This document shows, one piece after another, positions 1-12,659 of a stretch of 64,000 bases of DNA. Each line of letters opens with the position of its first letter. Positions within the stretch are counted from its first letter, which is position 1. The stretch is taken from contig NC_134033.1 in NCBI RefSeq assembly GCF_964204645.1, positions 10,858,655 to 10,922,654 on the forward strand, given 5' to 3'. The stretch comes from Tubulanus polymorphus (Eukaryota > Animalia > Nemertea). The notes beneath the pieces were generated by a model. The model searched no databases and was not told the DNA's origin. It was given only the letters and a program-made list of their open reading frames with translations. A program made the translations under genes and the position numbers.

Positions 1-1
1 A

Positions 2-2101
2 GATAAAGGACCGGCAATGCGCATTAAAGACGTTCATTTAGTTTATCTGATGGTAGTAAACAATCACTCGAACGCGAAGGGTTTCCGTATTAAATACCGA
101 TTTGTAGGACCGGACGCGAGTAAGTGAAATATGATATCTTTACTTACTCGGTTCAATGGTATCATCTCTATTGTGATATCTTTCAATGAAATTGCCAAAA
201 ATCAATCCGATTTTTAGGATGTTAGAAAATGGAATTAGTTTAAAAAGCTGAATGAAAATCAATTTATTTATGCATTAAACGAGTGATAAACATGAAACAC
301 GAACAACTTATTCGAGCAAATTTTAAATATGTTTTAAACTAATATCCATTGATTATTTGCCTTAGCTACAACTCGTGCCCCGATAACGAACGGACCGAGT
401 ATTCCCTGGGACGGTGAATGCGGCGTACAGAAGATCAAACCGATTCTAGGAAATGGTTTAGACGGATTCCGTATTGTCGGTGGTCGGGAAGCTCGTCCGG
501 GTAGTTGGCCTTGGATGGTTCGTATGTATGGAGTAGGTTGTGGAGGAACTCTCATTCATCCTCAATGGGTAGTGACCGCTGCTCATTGTATCGGCATGTA
601 AGTTTCAGCTCTAGGGGGTAGAGCGGAGAGTGTGAGCGGGTCAGAGAGGGAGGGGAGAGCTAGAGAGAGTGCGGGGAGAGAGAAGGGGCCGAGAGTGGGG
701 GGAGAGAGAGAGGGGAGAGAAAGCGCAGGGAGAGAGAAGGGAATGGAGAGAGTAGAGGCTATGAAGGGGAGAGATGGTATTTTCATACTAAGAATTCTTG
801 CCGCTTATGATTCTTGATACAAAGATTTTTCAACAACTTTAAAAAATTCTAATAACAAACTGTTTAGAAGAGATAAATACACGCTTAAAGAATCAATCTT
901 GAAATAAAGAGTCGTTTGTTGATCGCTGATGTTTGTATATATATTTCAGCGGCGCTGACCCGAGACGTTATCAAGTCGCTTTAGGTATGCATACACGCAG
1001 AGAATCAGACAGACAAGTGATACAAGTGGAGAAAGTCTTCGCTCATGAACTTTACGACAAAAGTCGAACGAATCGAGACATCACTTTATTGAAACTGGAA
1101 CGGCCGGTGAAACTGACTGATCGAGTTTGGCCTGCTTGTTTACCATCGTCGGACGTGTACGACGGGCAGAAATGTTACGCTACCGGCTGGGGTGCTACGA
1201 AAGGTAAATGACAAGATTAAAATCCACAAGATTAAGCAAACGAAATTTACAAAAATCTAAAATTACAATACACGACGTTTTGGACTCAACATCAATAACT
1301 TCAGTTGAATATCAAACTGTATTTGATGAAAGCTGAATGAATTACTCAATACATTTTGCTGAATGTCAATTTTTTATCAATAGCAATGATTTGAACTGAT
1401 TTGATTTTTATGTTTTGTGAATTTCTAGGAACGAGTAATCACGGTAACTTGAAACAGGCTTTATTACCAGTTATAGCCAGAGATAGATGCAACAGGTACA
1501 ACTACGGACGTGTTACTGAGTATATGATATGTGGAGGTTATGTAGCTGGAGGTCACGATTCCTGTCAGGTGAGTGAAGCTGGTGCTGCTCTATTTTTGAC
1601 GCCGTAAAACACAATGATAATCCATTTAATACAATAGTAACTACTATGCATTTTCTGAGGTGAAGTGTGTCCGTCGGTGTGCCGACATTAATATTGAGGT
1701 CGAAAAATATGCATACATATTTTGGCGTTTATTTTCTAATTAATCAAATTTCATGACTCATTTTCTATTTAATAAATTCTCATATATTTCCAGGAATGAA
1801 TTTTGGTTGAAATTATATTTTGTGTTATATTTATATATGTCATTTTACAAGGCGTCCAATAAATTCGAAAATTAGTTCCCTTGTTTTTAACCGATTTTAG
1901 CAGACGATCACGTAGTTTTTCGTGTTAATGATTTTGTAGGGTGATAGCGGCGGACCATACGTGTGCGAAGTGAACGGACGCTATGAACTGAAGGGGGTCG
2001 TCTCCTGGGGCTACGGTTGCGCCCAGCGGGGTAAACCAGGAGTTTATACAAACGTCATCAAATTCGTTGATTGGATCAATGAGAAAATCGCCAATAACTA
2101 A
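2..2101 (+). CDS. Trypsin-like (S1A) serine protease, 5'-partial, probably with an N-terminal CUB domain; exons <2-119, 366-597, 950-1203, 1429-1568, 1940-2101
   Basis: All four introns are GT-AG with compatible phases. The joined protein has activation site R|IVGG, TAAHC (His), DITLLKL (Asp), DSCQGDSGGP (Ser, with S1 Asp = trypsin specificity) and SWGYGCA..KPGVYT, stop TAA 2099-2101, AATAAA at 2139 and 2165. The first exon ends ..KGFRIKYRF, resembling a CUB C-terminus (weaker call). Confidence 0.95.
612..778. repeat. Purine-rich (GA/GGA) low-complexity tract in protease intron 2
   Basis: Degenerate GAGAG/GGGGAGAG runs; these produce the spurious ORFs 583..786 and 632..817. Confidence 0.85.
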
Positions 2102-2635
2102 AATCTCGATTGTATTATTGCGAATTTCGTTAGAGCAAAATAAAATATATTCTATAAAATTCTAAATAAAGAAGCATCTTTTTGTCTGGTTTCTGTTCTT
2201 TGATCTGAAAAATGCACGAACTCAGATGAGTTTGACGAGGAGCGATTTGTAAATGAACCGTGTTGACCTCTATGGTGTGAAATCAGTAATCCTGAAGACA
2301 AATAGTACTGCGAAGGCTAGCTTCATTTGACTAGAAATTACAAGCTTTATTTCATAATGCAATGAGTAAAGCTTCATCAGGAAAATGACGCATGATGAAG
2401 CTATTGTGTGCACTAGCAGCGAAAGCTTGTAATTTCTAATAAAATCACTTAACCTACGTATTACTACCTGTTTACTCATTTACCTGATGATAGAAGCACT
2501 AGTTGCAGAAGTTCATGCTTGTTTACTATCATAACTATTTTCTATATATAATAGTTACGTACAATGTATACTACCACTGATAATCGACGAAGTCCCACAA
2601 TTGGAATTTCTAAAAGATATAATCTATTAAAACGA

Positions 2636-2765
2636 AACCACAACGTTTCGACTGTTGACTAACAGAATCAGGTGGAACCACAACGTTTCGACTGTTGACT
2701 AACAGCCATAATCAGGTGGAACCACAACGTTTCGGCTGTTGACCAACAGCCATAATCAAGTGGAA
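2636..2765 (-). repeat. Three tandem ~45-bp degenerate hammerhead-ribozyme units (Penelope-type remnant)
   Basis: Minus-strand unit CCAC-CTGATTA-T-GGCTGTT-AGTC-AACAGTC-GAAA-CG-TT-GTGG matches minimal hammerhead topology, with core CUGAUGA altered to CUGAUUA. Confidence 0.7.
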
Positions 2766-3547
2766 TGATCCATTCGAATTGTGGGACTTCTTCGAATATC
2801 TACAGTGGACACGGAGGATAAGAAGGCTTCATTCAACTATACTTGGGATACTTGGGATTTTCGCTGATATTCTTTTTCAGCGCACTAATCAAAGGGTGCA
2901 AACGTCAAACGCTATGGTCCGTATTGTCCTGCTGGTGTGGGAAATTATGGTCGTTCAGTTGTTAGTCTGGTAACATCAGGAGGACCGGTTACTGTAGTAA
3001 CATATACGCTTACAACTGGCATGATATAATAGTGAAAAGAAAACAAGGTTTCTTAATGTTTGTTCCTACTGACTGTGACGGTTATGTTCTACAGGACGGA
3101 GAACGTCAGATCACTATGACGTCACATTGTCTCGTGATTACACTTGAAAATCGACGCCTACCGATAGAAAACATAGATGTTTTATCAGAACATGGATATC
3201 AAAATATAGCTGCAAAGCAGCGATGACGGTTTTCTGCAAAGCCATTCACTAGGACGATGAGAATCGTAGTTAATTGAAATACTGTTACATAGAATAAAAT
3301 GCATCGACAGATTCGAACCTAATATGCAACCAATGTGTAAACGTCAAATGTGATTCAGCTTTGAAACCGAACATACGTGGACATACAATCAACAAATATA
3401 GATTTATTCGACCAGGCATTTATTTTGGCATTCAAACATCAGTTACTCTACATGCCACCAACCTCGGGGCCATAGCGTTGTCGATTATGCACTAGTAGAT
3501 TATCACTTGGTCGACTCACTGTCATGTTTTAATATCTCTGATGAATA

Positions 3548-4350
3548 CGGGATATCGACAAATTCAAGTTCTTGAATTACTCGTTTGATGGCGCTAGTCA
3601 GAACCGGAACTTGGAACCTAAATCCGCCATGTTCTAGTTCATTTGCAATAAAAATCTCTCGCTTCAAGTTTTTGGTTAGCGATATTTTACTTACTATACA
3701 ACGGCACGCATAATCCTTTGAGTATGATACCCTGACAATGTGTTGAATTCGATAAAACCTCAATTCGAACGCTAAAGATCACTAGAAATGTAAAAAAACT
3801 ACCAAAAATCACAAATTTAGCGATGACGCTCCAAGCAGCTAACGGAAGTAATGACAGGTGCCGGGTGTCAACACTTTGTTGTTGAGTTTAAGACTCTTAA
3901 GGTAAATTTATTGCAGGCTACACTGATAAATATGAAATAATATTATGAAATGAAATTGATTTTAGAAGGACTAAACTCGTAATATGAAATGTACCAGGCC
4001 TCAAACCAACAATCAAAATTGGGCCGTCAAGTGCTGCCACCATGTGATACCTGGCAACCAGTCCTTACATCGTCAGCAGTTGCAAAATGTTTTTTGATAA
4101 TTTTAGGACACTTATAGTGATTTATAGCCTTTGCAGTGAGGTTTTATCATATCCAACGTAGCGGTAGGATATCATATTTAAAGGATTATGCGTGACGATA
4201 TATAGTAAGTAAAATATCGCTCGTTAAAAACTTGAAGCGAGAGATTTTCATCGCAAATGAACTAGAGCATGGCGGATTTAGGTTCCAATTTCCGGTTCTG
4301 ACTAGCGCCATCAAACGAGTAATCCAGAACTTGAATTTGTCGATATCCCG
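3548..4350. mobile_element. Non-autonomous DNA transposon (foldback/MITE) with ~185-bp TIRs and TA target-site duplication
   Basis: 3548-3730 is the approximate reverse complement of 4170-4350 (CGGGATATCGACAAATTCAAG...); TA at 3546-47 and 4351-52. Confidence 0.85.
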
Positions 4351-4389
4351 TATTGCCTTTTACTGATCATTGTATGCTTCAAATTTCGA

Positions 4390-6440
4390 TATCCTTGACA
4401 ATAGCTAGTCGAATTGAACGCCACGAAGAACCAGAAATTAATCACGCTCTAGATATGGCTATTGGGCAAAATGAAGTCTTACGTGCCATGAAGATGTTGA
4501 AGAGAAATAAATCTGCTGGGGTCGATGGACTAAAAGGAGAAGTTTTCATTGCCGGAGGGCAACCGATTATTCAGCAAATAACAATTTTATTCAATATTAT
4601 TTCAGATAGCGGCTTTTACCCGGAGGCATGGAGTCAAAGATATATAGTGCCCATACATTAAAGTGGGCCACGAAACGTAGCCAATAATTATAGGGGAATA
4701 TCTATTTTATCTGTTTTTGGAAAACTATTCTCTACCATCCATCAACCATGAATGACAGATTATCGTCATGGTGTGGTTTCTATCATAGGTGAATTACAGG
4801 CCGGTTTTCGGCAGATTTTTTGTACTAAATGCTGTTATAAACCATATTGTCTATATTAAACATCGGAAGCTTTTTGCAGCCTTTCTGGATTTCTCAAAAG
4901 CATCTGACCATGTCGACCGAAAAAAACTGCTCCAACAACTCGTGTCTAATGTAATTGAGGGGAAGCGTCTACGTATCATCAAATCTATGTATTCCTTTGC
5001 TAAATCATGTGTTAAGTCGAATAACTCGTACTCTGATCATTTTCAATGTAACAAAGGAGTTCGCCAAGGCGAATGTCTCTCGCCTTTATCATTTACTCTA
5101 TTTATAAATGATATGGAGGAATGTATTAGATCAAATAACTATGACGGTGTTGATTTAAGTTTGTTAAAAGTAATGATACTTCTCTACGCAGACGATACTG
5201 TCATACTAGCCGAAGCAGAGGCAAGTCTGCAGGTAGCACTTAATAATGTATCTGACTATTGTGAAAGCAGATAAATTATGATAAGACTAAAATCATCATT
5301 TTCCGTAAAACTGCCAGTAAGGGTCCCAATTTTCTACATAAACGGGCGTGCCATTGAATGCGTTAATAGGTTCAAGTATTTAGGTCTTATGTTTAATTTT
5401 AATGGAAAGTACAATGCTGCTGTTGACACTTAAGCCGAAAAAGGAGGTGCAGCTTACCATGCTTTTCTGAAGCACTCACAGCATTTCCCACTCATGAACT
5501 CGGAATTGTTATTAAAATTTTTCAATAGTCTAGTTGTATCAGTCCTGAGTTATAGGCGTGAAATATGGGGTTTAAAAAACAAATGAAGTTAGAGAGAATT
5601 GTGATGAAGTTTTACAAATCTATCATAGGGTTAAAACAAACTACCCCTGACCGTTTTGTCTATGGTGAGCTCGGTATTTTCCCCTTAATTATCCAGAATA
5701 AGGTGGAGATTCTGAAGTATTGGCCAAGGTACTAAAATCCAAGCCAAACAAGCTTACGCGAAAGTTATATGAAGTTATGCTTGCTGATATATACAGTCAC
5801 CCACGGGTACGCACGCGATCTATTAAATAACCTAGGCTATGGACAGATATGGCATGACCAGAGTATAGAAAATGAAAAATGATTTTTCCGCACTATTGAG
5901 CAGCGACTCAAAGATCAATTTACCCAGGCATAACTGGTTAAATAATTCCAATTTAAGCCAAATTTTGTCGAAGTTTTAAATCATCAATTATGTACGAGCC
6001 GTATCCAAATTTAAGAAAACACATCCGGATATCAGTGGCCAGATTTAGGTGCTCCAATCATAATTTTCGTGTTCAATCTTGTCGTTGGCTACGTCCTGTC
6101 TTGCCCTATCATGAAAAAATATGCCAACACTGTGATCTAAATGTTGATGAAAACGAATATCATGTACTAGTAATCTGCCCCTTGTGTAGGGACAAAAGAA
6201 CGAGACACATCCCACAAAATATTTTTGCAACCCAAATATTTATAAAACTGTTCGTTTTCTAAAAAACTCATGTATTATGAATGACCTTCATTTGTTTCTT
6301 TTAAAAGTCAAAATTAAGCGTGAGTCAAAATTAAGTATTTCTATTATTTAAATGATTTGTTCTCCGTCATCTGTATAATTTGTATGTATCATGATTATTT
6401 GTCATAAAAGAAATATTTCTTCGACAATGAAGTTTATTAT
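4390..6440 (+). mobile_element. Decayed 5'-truncated non-LTR retrotransposon (RTEX-like) ORF2: RT plus C-terminal zinc finger
   Basis: Fragments KSAGVDG, NYRGISIL, FLDFSKA, GVRQGECLSP, LYADD, GELG..PL and C..C....E.EYH.L..CP across ORFs 4353-4661, 4789-5274 and 5990-6262, with stops and frameshifts. Confidence 0.9.
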
Positions 6441-6639
6441 TATCAAACTCTGTGCTTAAAGGACGACTCCCAAAAATAATTGAAAGTACCAGATGTTCTG
6501 ACGGACTAATGCGAAATACACGAATCAATAAACGAATCTAACGACCGAATTCAGATCTAAGAGCTACGACTTTATTGTTCACTGCCACGTAACAAAAAAC
6601 TACTTCACCACCACCTCAAAAACTCACTTCCCTTCAAAC

Positions 6640-7375
6640 CCCCAGAGGTAGCCTAAAGTTGTGTTATAGTGGTTCCTCGTATACAAAGTAATACACCAAA
6701 GAAGAAAGTATCTGCTACGTGTGTGTAAAAAGAAATGATGGCTGTAAAGGAAGCTTAATGACGAATAAAGAAATCACTGGTCCAAGAGAAACCGCTGAAT
6801 TTAGTCATTGTAAAGATATGACAGAAATTGAAGACAAAAGCAAGATTCCAGATGAAGAAACGAGCTGAAAATACGAGAGAAATTCCGAATACATTCAGAA
6901 ATAATTTCAAGATTTAACAACCCAGATGTACAAAGCCGAATACCTCACGCTGATTACTCACAGGCACGAAAGTAATACAGAGAGTTCGATGCAAGAAATA
7001 TCCGAAAGATCCTGCAACCATGATGAACTGTTCGTTACAGATATATGGTATCTCAGAGAGGACGGGGAAGAGTTCCTGAAGTATGATAACGCGAGCACAA
7101 CATCAAGAATCGTAATTTTTGCAATAGACGTATGTTTGAAAAAAAAAACTCAGTGAAGCTGATACGTGGTTTTTGGACGGAAATTTCCAGACGGCACCAA
7201 TCAACTTTGTTCTTGTATGTAATCCATATCCCTCTGGCTGATTCTGCTATTTCTAAAGTCTATGCATCCCTTCAAAGGAAAACTCAGGAAAAATAAGAAG
7301 AATTTCTCACCGTATTATGTGAAAAGTGCGATGAGAAGGGACCATATCTCTTGTCGAAAACTGTTGTGATAGATA
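6640..7375 (+). mobile_element. Decayed Mutator/MULE transposase fragment (FLYWCH-like plus DDE N-part)
   Basis: CVKRNDGCKGSLMT, GEEFLKYD...RIVIFA, WFLDGNFQTAP and YASLQRKTQE motifs in broken frames. Confidence 0.75.
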
Positions 7376-7442
7376 GGCAGACAAAGGCATAGATTGACAT
7401 AAAACATCATTTATTTTTGGCGAGGAAATTGGCAAACAATAA

Positions 7443-10400
7443 TCAGTCATCTCTTCGTGGTTGTCTGATGATACTGTCCGGTCCTTCCGGTGGAAATTCT
7501 AAATAAACCGCTTCACCAGTTTCATACGACACCCAACCGCAAAGTCTGGCAGGTTCACGTGACCCAGTGTATGCCGCTAGTTCGCCGTAAAAATTCCAAT
7601 CGTTGCTGATAAAACCATCGCAATAGATCTTGTGATCTGAGAAAATTGAAATACTTATACACAAAATAAATGACGGCTCGAACGGGTTGAAATAAATACA
7701 GTGCTGAAAGAACATGTCAATTGTGTAAAAATGGGATTGGGGACGAATTTCGCTACCCTTTTTACTCAGGCGCGGATCCAGAGCGAAGGTTTTAGGGGTC
7801 GTAACCTCCCCCCCCCCCCCCAGCTCAGCTACCAAAAAGTTTTTTTTCAATCGTTTTCTTGAATTAATGTACTCAAGACAAAGCGGGTGAACAGTATTAC
7901 ATAATCGGTACCATACCATCTTATATGCCAAACAATATGCCCCTATATTGCCCCTATCAGATATTTTAGTCGGTTGTTTAATATTAACATTCTTTATGAA
8001 CCCCTCCTGGAAAAAATCAGATCCGCGCCTGCAACTGTACACATTCAAATGATAGTAGGGTATTATATCTGGACGGAAGATCTTATACGAACCCCAACCT
8101 TTTCAAACATAAATCATTAAAGCAAACCAAAGGCAGAACCGAACTTCGCAAACTGTGTATTTTCATTGGTAGAATTATCGGGATTTTCACTTGATTCCCT
8201 AAAAATAGCTCGCATATAAATTAATATTTAAATAGGTATCTACCTACTCTACGTCGTATAATGTATTTATTTCTATGTACCGTATAAATCACTCAAATTG
8301 TCTTTGTACTAAGACCAAAAGTTTATCAAATAGAGTAAAGTGAAGGAAAGTTAGTGAAGTATAGTCATCGTAGTTGGGAGGATCATTGGTGGATGGTGGG
8401 TTGATATATATTGAATATATATTGTCATCAGCAGAGAAAAATATACCGTATTGTTTATTCTTCTTTATAAGTGTGTGTACTACACTTAAATGACAGATAA
8501 TCAAGAACACGCACGTATTAACAAAATACTTTGATATATTAAAAAAATAGAACATCGTTGATGGGGTAGCTATATTTTACTCAGTATCGTCGCCTCGGAG
8601 TATTCTAGCTCCGTAATCTCACACCTGACGTTAATCTTTAGGGTGAGATCGAAACGTCATGTCTTTTTTGAATGAATAGATTCTCGATTTTGATATACTC
8701 TTAATTTGTACGTAGTGGGTTTTTATCTTATTATCTTCCAACAGATTTAAGTTTTCGGAATGAATTAGCAGTTAAAAACTGGATGAAATTTGCCTTGCTA
8801 CAGTGTTCTATAGCAGTACATCCTCGTTTGCCAAGGTTTGATTACCGACGAGCTCACGCCAATACAAACCCTGGCCGCAAACCCTTCATTGTTCTATTAT
8901 AATCGCCCACGATTTCTTGGGTGGACAGGTTAACGTTCAGCGCCCACCAGTCTATCTAGCCAATGAAATGCGCGGTATCTTCAGAGCAAACGTCGTGCGG
9001 TATAAACGCATCTGAATTGGCACGCTGTTTTGGCACTAAGGATCGAGTGAGTGGTTTAATTGTGAACTCGCATTCTAATTAGGCATGGGCCAAATTTGGC
9101 CCGGGCCAAATCGTCTCCGTGTGATCGCGGCTTTAGGCTGCCAATCCAAAAATCATAATTGAGATTGGCCTTCTCGATCAATTTATCGTACAGATTTTAC
9201 TTAAAATTGATAAACTACGTAATGAGAAAGGTTGACTCTAATATGAAATATGGAAATTGAAGGCGTGGTAACCCGACCCTGGTACCCCAGCGTCACTAGC
9301 TCTAAAAGACTTGCCTCCTTCACACATTTCAAAACAGTAATCTGTAGCTTTTTCACGTGGTTGTCCGCCCTCTTCACACGGTCGACCCTCTTCATCGTTA
9401 CACGTTCGTTCTTTTTTTCCGAGTCCGCAGTCTACACTACAACTACTCCATCCCGACCACTCGCCATACAAACCTGAACAAACGCATACGAATTAATGTC
9501 TTGGACTGCGCAATGATTATCTGTATATTGATACGAAGCTATGTACCAAATAGTGTCGACGTGGAGAAGAATTTGTCTTTGAAATTTTGTGTGTGGTAGT
9601 CAATCATTGTATTACGTATTATATGTATTTTGTTTTTCTTCTCGTTTCGAGACCATATATAATGTCCCCGGACGGAGGCAGACACAATTTTCGCAGGAAT
9701 TCTAATCATAGACTCTCACTGCATCAAAACGATTTTACAGAGCAACTCCATTATGCAGTCACAATGGCCCAAGAGTTCGAGTCCCGCGTAGCTGCGCACA
9801 TATTTTGTTCACCCCGGATAGTTCCCGGTTTACATCGCACAGGTCACCATAGCTCATGCGGTCTCCACGGGCATGGACACATTAGATTTTTAAATGGCCT
9901 GAATAAATTCCGTTGCCAATATAATGAACAGTTTGAAATTCTGGGCCAAAGGAAATCACCCGTGGTTTCCACGGGTATAACTCTAGTATATTTTTGTAAT
10001 AGGGGCTGTTGAAAGATTACCTAACGCGTATGGGGTTAGCAGTAGGTGTGTCAAAAAGTTTGTTACAGCAGGTTAAAGATTGTTACAAAGGGGCCTGATG
10101 GGGTTGTTTGGTGTCTGATCATCTGTTGAATTACAACTGTTGGAATTTCTCGGTAGATGAATCGCGTAACCCTTTTTGGCGTAAAACCAGGACAGGATTG
10201 AAGATGGGCAATTTTCTAATGTTGATGCTCTGTCTAACTCTGGAACTGTTAAACATTAAATACAACATCAACATAACTCATTAAGAATCAAAAGTTGAAG
10301 TTCAAAACTGGTACGTGGTAAAGAATTTAGCAAAAATTTAGCAAAAATTTCGGGGATGTGACATTATCGTATTGTTATTTTGATCATTATCGTAATTGGA

Positions 10401-10831
10401 TTGTTAGGTAATGTAATAATATAAAAGGGACTCTGCCGGGGCCGAATTGGCACCGATCAGGCCCGATTTGACCCGTGCCTAAACAGAGAGCGCGCTCACG
10501 CGCAAATCGCTCAATTATCGATACTAAAAAATGCTCGAACAAAGCGAAGTGAATCATTTCCAAATTTTAGCACTGGACAAGATGATTGCGTTTGAATTGC
10601 AACAGGTTCCGGAATTGACTCACTTCGCTTTGCTTGAGCATTGTTTAGTATCGAGTGAGTGACACGGGCCAAATTTGGCTCGAGCCCTCTCTGTGCCAAT
10701 TAAGCCCGGGCCAAATAGTCTCCGTGCGATCGCCACTTACCTAATGGGAACTGCGCCGAAACGATTTTCGTTGATACGAAAACTAACGCAAAGAAAAGTA
10801 ACAAATTTGTACTGAAATATAAAATCCCCAT
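7443..10831 (-). CDS. Small secreted thrombospondin type-1 repeat (TSP1) protein, possibly pseudogenised; exons 10831-10741, (10245-10021), 9473-9315, 7636-7443
   Basis: Exon 1 encodes a signal peptide MGILYFSTNLLLFFALVFVSTKIVSA and ends at GTAAGT. The TSP1 exon reads WSGWSSCSVDCGLGKKERTC. The terminal exon starts after TTTTCTCAG and ends TGA, with a minus-strand AATAAA near 7411-7416. All junctions are phase 1. Exon 2 has an in-frame TAA (10073-10075). Further exons between 7.7 and 9.3 kb are unresolved. Confidence 0.6.
7767..8031. mobile_element. MITE with CAGGCGCGGATC terminal inverted repeats
   Basis: CAGGCGCGGATC at 7767 and GATCCGCGCCTG ending 8031; internal poly-C run. Confidence 0.8.
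10425..10738. mobile_element. MITE fragment (related copy end at ~9080-9135)
   Basis: Shared terminus GCCCGGGCCAAAT.GTCTCCGTG.GATCGC at ~9099-9128 and ~10704-10733; internal partial palindromes. Confidence 0.6.
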
Positions 10832-11225
10832 GGCGCTGTAGAGGTGGACTACGTCTGTTAAGTGTCCAGTCTGCGTGGTGTTTGTATATACGTGATATTT
10901 AGTGATGTGATGTGATGTGTAAGGAATTGCAATCACTGGTGTTACCACCAGACACCACGCGATGATTGATTCGAATAACCGCATTGTTCACCGGTAAATT
11001 AAAATCAAACTTGACCAAACGATTCGAAATATAGATTTTGAACGATTATGAAATACGCGGTCATAACCGTTGAGAAAACTCGGATAATTACATTATATAC
11101 TGTTTCATTGTCAATAAATGTATAAATATGTAAATCTTGCAACTAATTTTATCGCTACAATAATTTAAATACAATATTTATTTTGTCATGTATGTATGCA
11201 GTATATATTATACTAACAAGTTACA

Positions 11226-11759
11226 TACTGAGTATATGATATGTGGAGGTTATGTAGCTGGAGGTCACGATTCCTGTCAGGTGAGTGAAGCTTTTTATGC
11301 CGTAAAAACAAATGTTTCTATATATCGATAAATACCATGCGTAATTTAAGGGGTTCTGTGTGAGTCTATGTGCACGACGTCATCAATATTGACGATTCCA
11401 AATGTGCATACGTTTGTTTTCTAATCAATTAAATTCTAATGACTAATTTTCTAACACATGAATCTTTGTACTTATGAAAATGAATTCTGATTGAACTGGT
11501 ATGTGTCAGGCGTCGATAAATTTGATAAAAGGTTATACTGATTTTTACCGATTTTAGGAGAAATTCACGTATTTTAGTCGTATTTATGATTTAACAGGGT
11601 GATAGCGGCGGACCTTACGTGTGCGAAGTAAACGGACGCTATGAACTGAAGGGTGTCGTCTCGTGGGGTTACGGTTGCGCTCAGAGGGGTAATCCAGGAG
11701 TTTATACAAACGTCAATAAATTCGTTGACTGGATTAATGAGAAAATCGCCAATAACTAA
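11226..11759 (+). pseudogene. Orphan duplicate of the serine protease 3' end (last 55 nt of the penultimate exon, intron, complete last exon 11598-11759)
   Basis: 11226-11280 is identical to 1514-1568. The last exon [53 protein letters not shown] has 2 amino-acid changes. Homology continues into the 3' flank to ~12050. No upstream exons are present. Confidence 0.85.
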
Positions 11760-12102
11760 ATTCGCGATTTCATTATTGTGAATTTCGTTAAAGCAAAATA
11801 AATAATATTTTACGACGAAAATGATCATTACTTTGTCCGGTTCTGTTCTTGGATCTGAAAAATGTACAAACTCAGAAAGAGTAGAGAAGCCGTGTTAACC
11901 GGGTGTCAAATCGGTTGTCATGAATACAGATAGAACTTTTATAGGATGACTTTATGTTATTTTATTCGAGTAACTTCATGCACATCAGCAGTGAAAGTTC
12001 TTAATTTCCAATGAAATCTAGTGAACCTACGAGGCACTATTTGTATTTACTGATCCGCAATACTTATATTTAGAAAATGAATTTCAAACGATGACGGAAA
12101 TC

Positions 12103-12369
12103 TTACTGCACATCAGTCCGAAATAATTTCTCTTTCATGACGAAGTGGTGGAATATAGTTAGCGGATCATACACTAATGTGGGTCGACTCTGGCAATCAA
12201 CGAGTGTTTCAATGCACGTCGACTGCCAGAGTCGGCTCATGTTAGTGTCTAGATAAACGGCTAACGACGAGCATTGCGGGAGCACCTCACGGTAACTCGG
12301 TAAGACAGTAGATTGTGCTTAGAACTGAGCCGAGCATGAGGGAGATCATTTCGGTTGCGGTTTGTGTAA
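12103..12369. mobile_element. Old palindromic MITE with a central 36-bp hairpin
   Basis: Outer arms are weakly complementary (TTAC..CCGAAAT..TTCATG / CATGA..ATTTCGG..GTAA); inner arms 12171-12206 and 12213-12248. Confidence 0.55.
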
Positions 12370-12659
12370 ATCCCTGCATCCGGCCTGTATTTTTTCTAAA
12401 TTTGCACCGAAAATAAGCCAAGACATTGTGACGTATTTGATCATTTTAGGCCCAGTCGCACTGACAGATTTGACCGAGATATAATTCTCAATAATATATA
12501 CAGTGCAGAACTGAAGCTGTCCTTATGATATATATTACAATAGTGGACGATAACATTTCAAATGAAACCGTCTGCTTATTTTAGGGTGGAACCGTAGCTA
12601 GACCGCACCTAGATACTACATATTATAGTAGACCCGGAAAAACTACTACTATTTATAGG

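Noticed and set aside
7443-8048. 201-aa single-exon ORF
   Set aside because: It reads through a MITE (7767-8031); only 7636-7443 has splice support as an exon.
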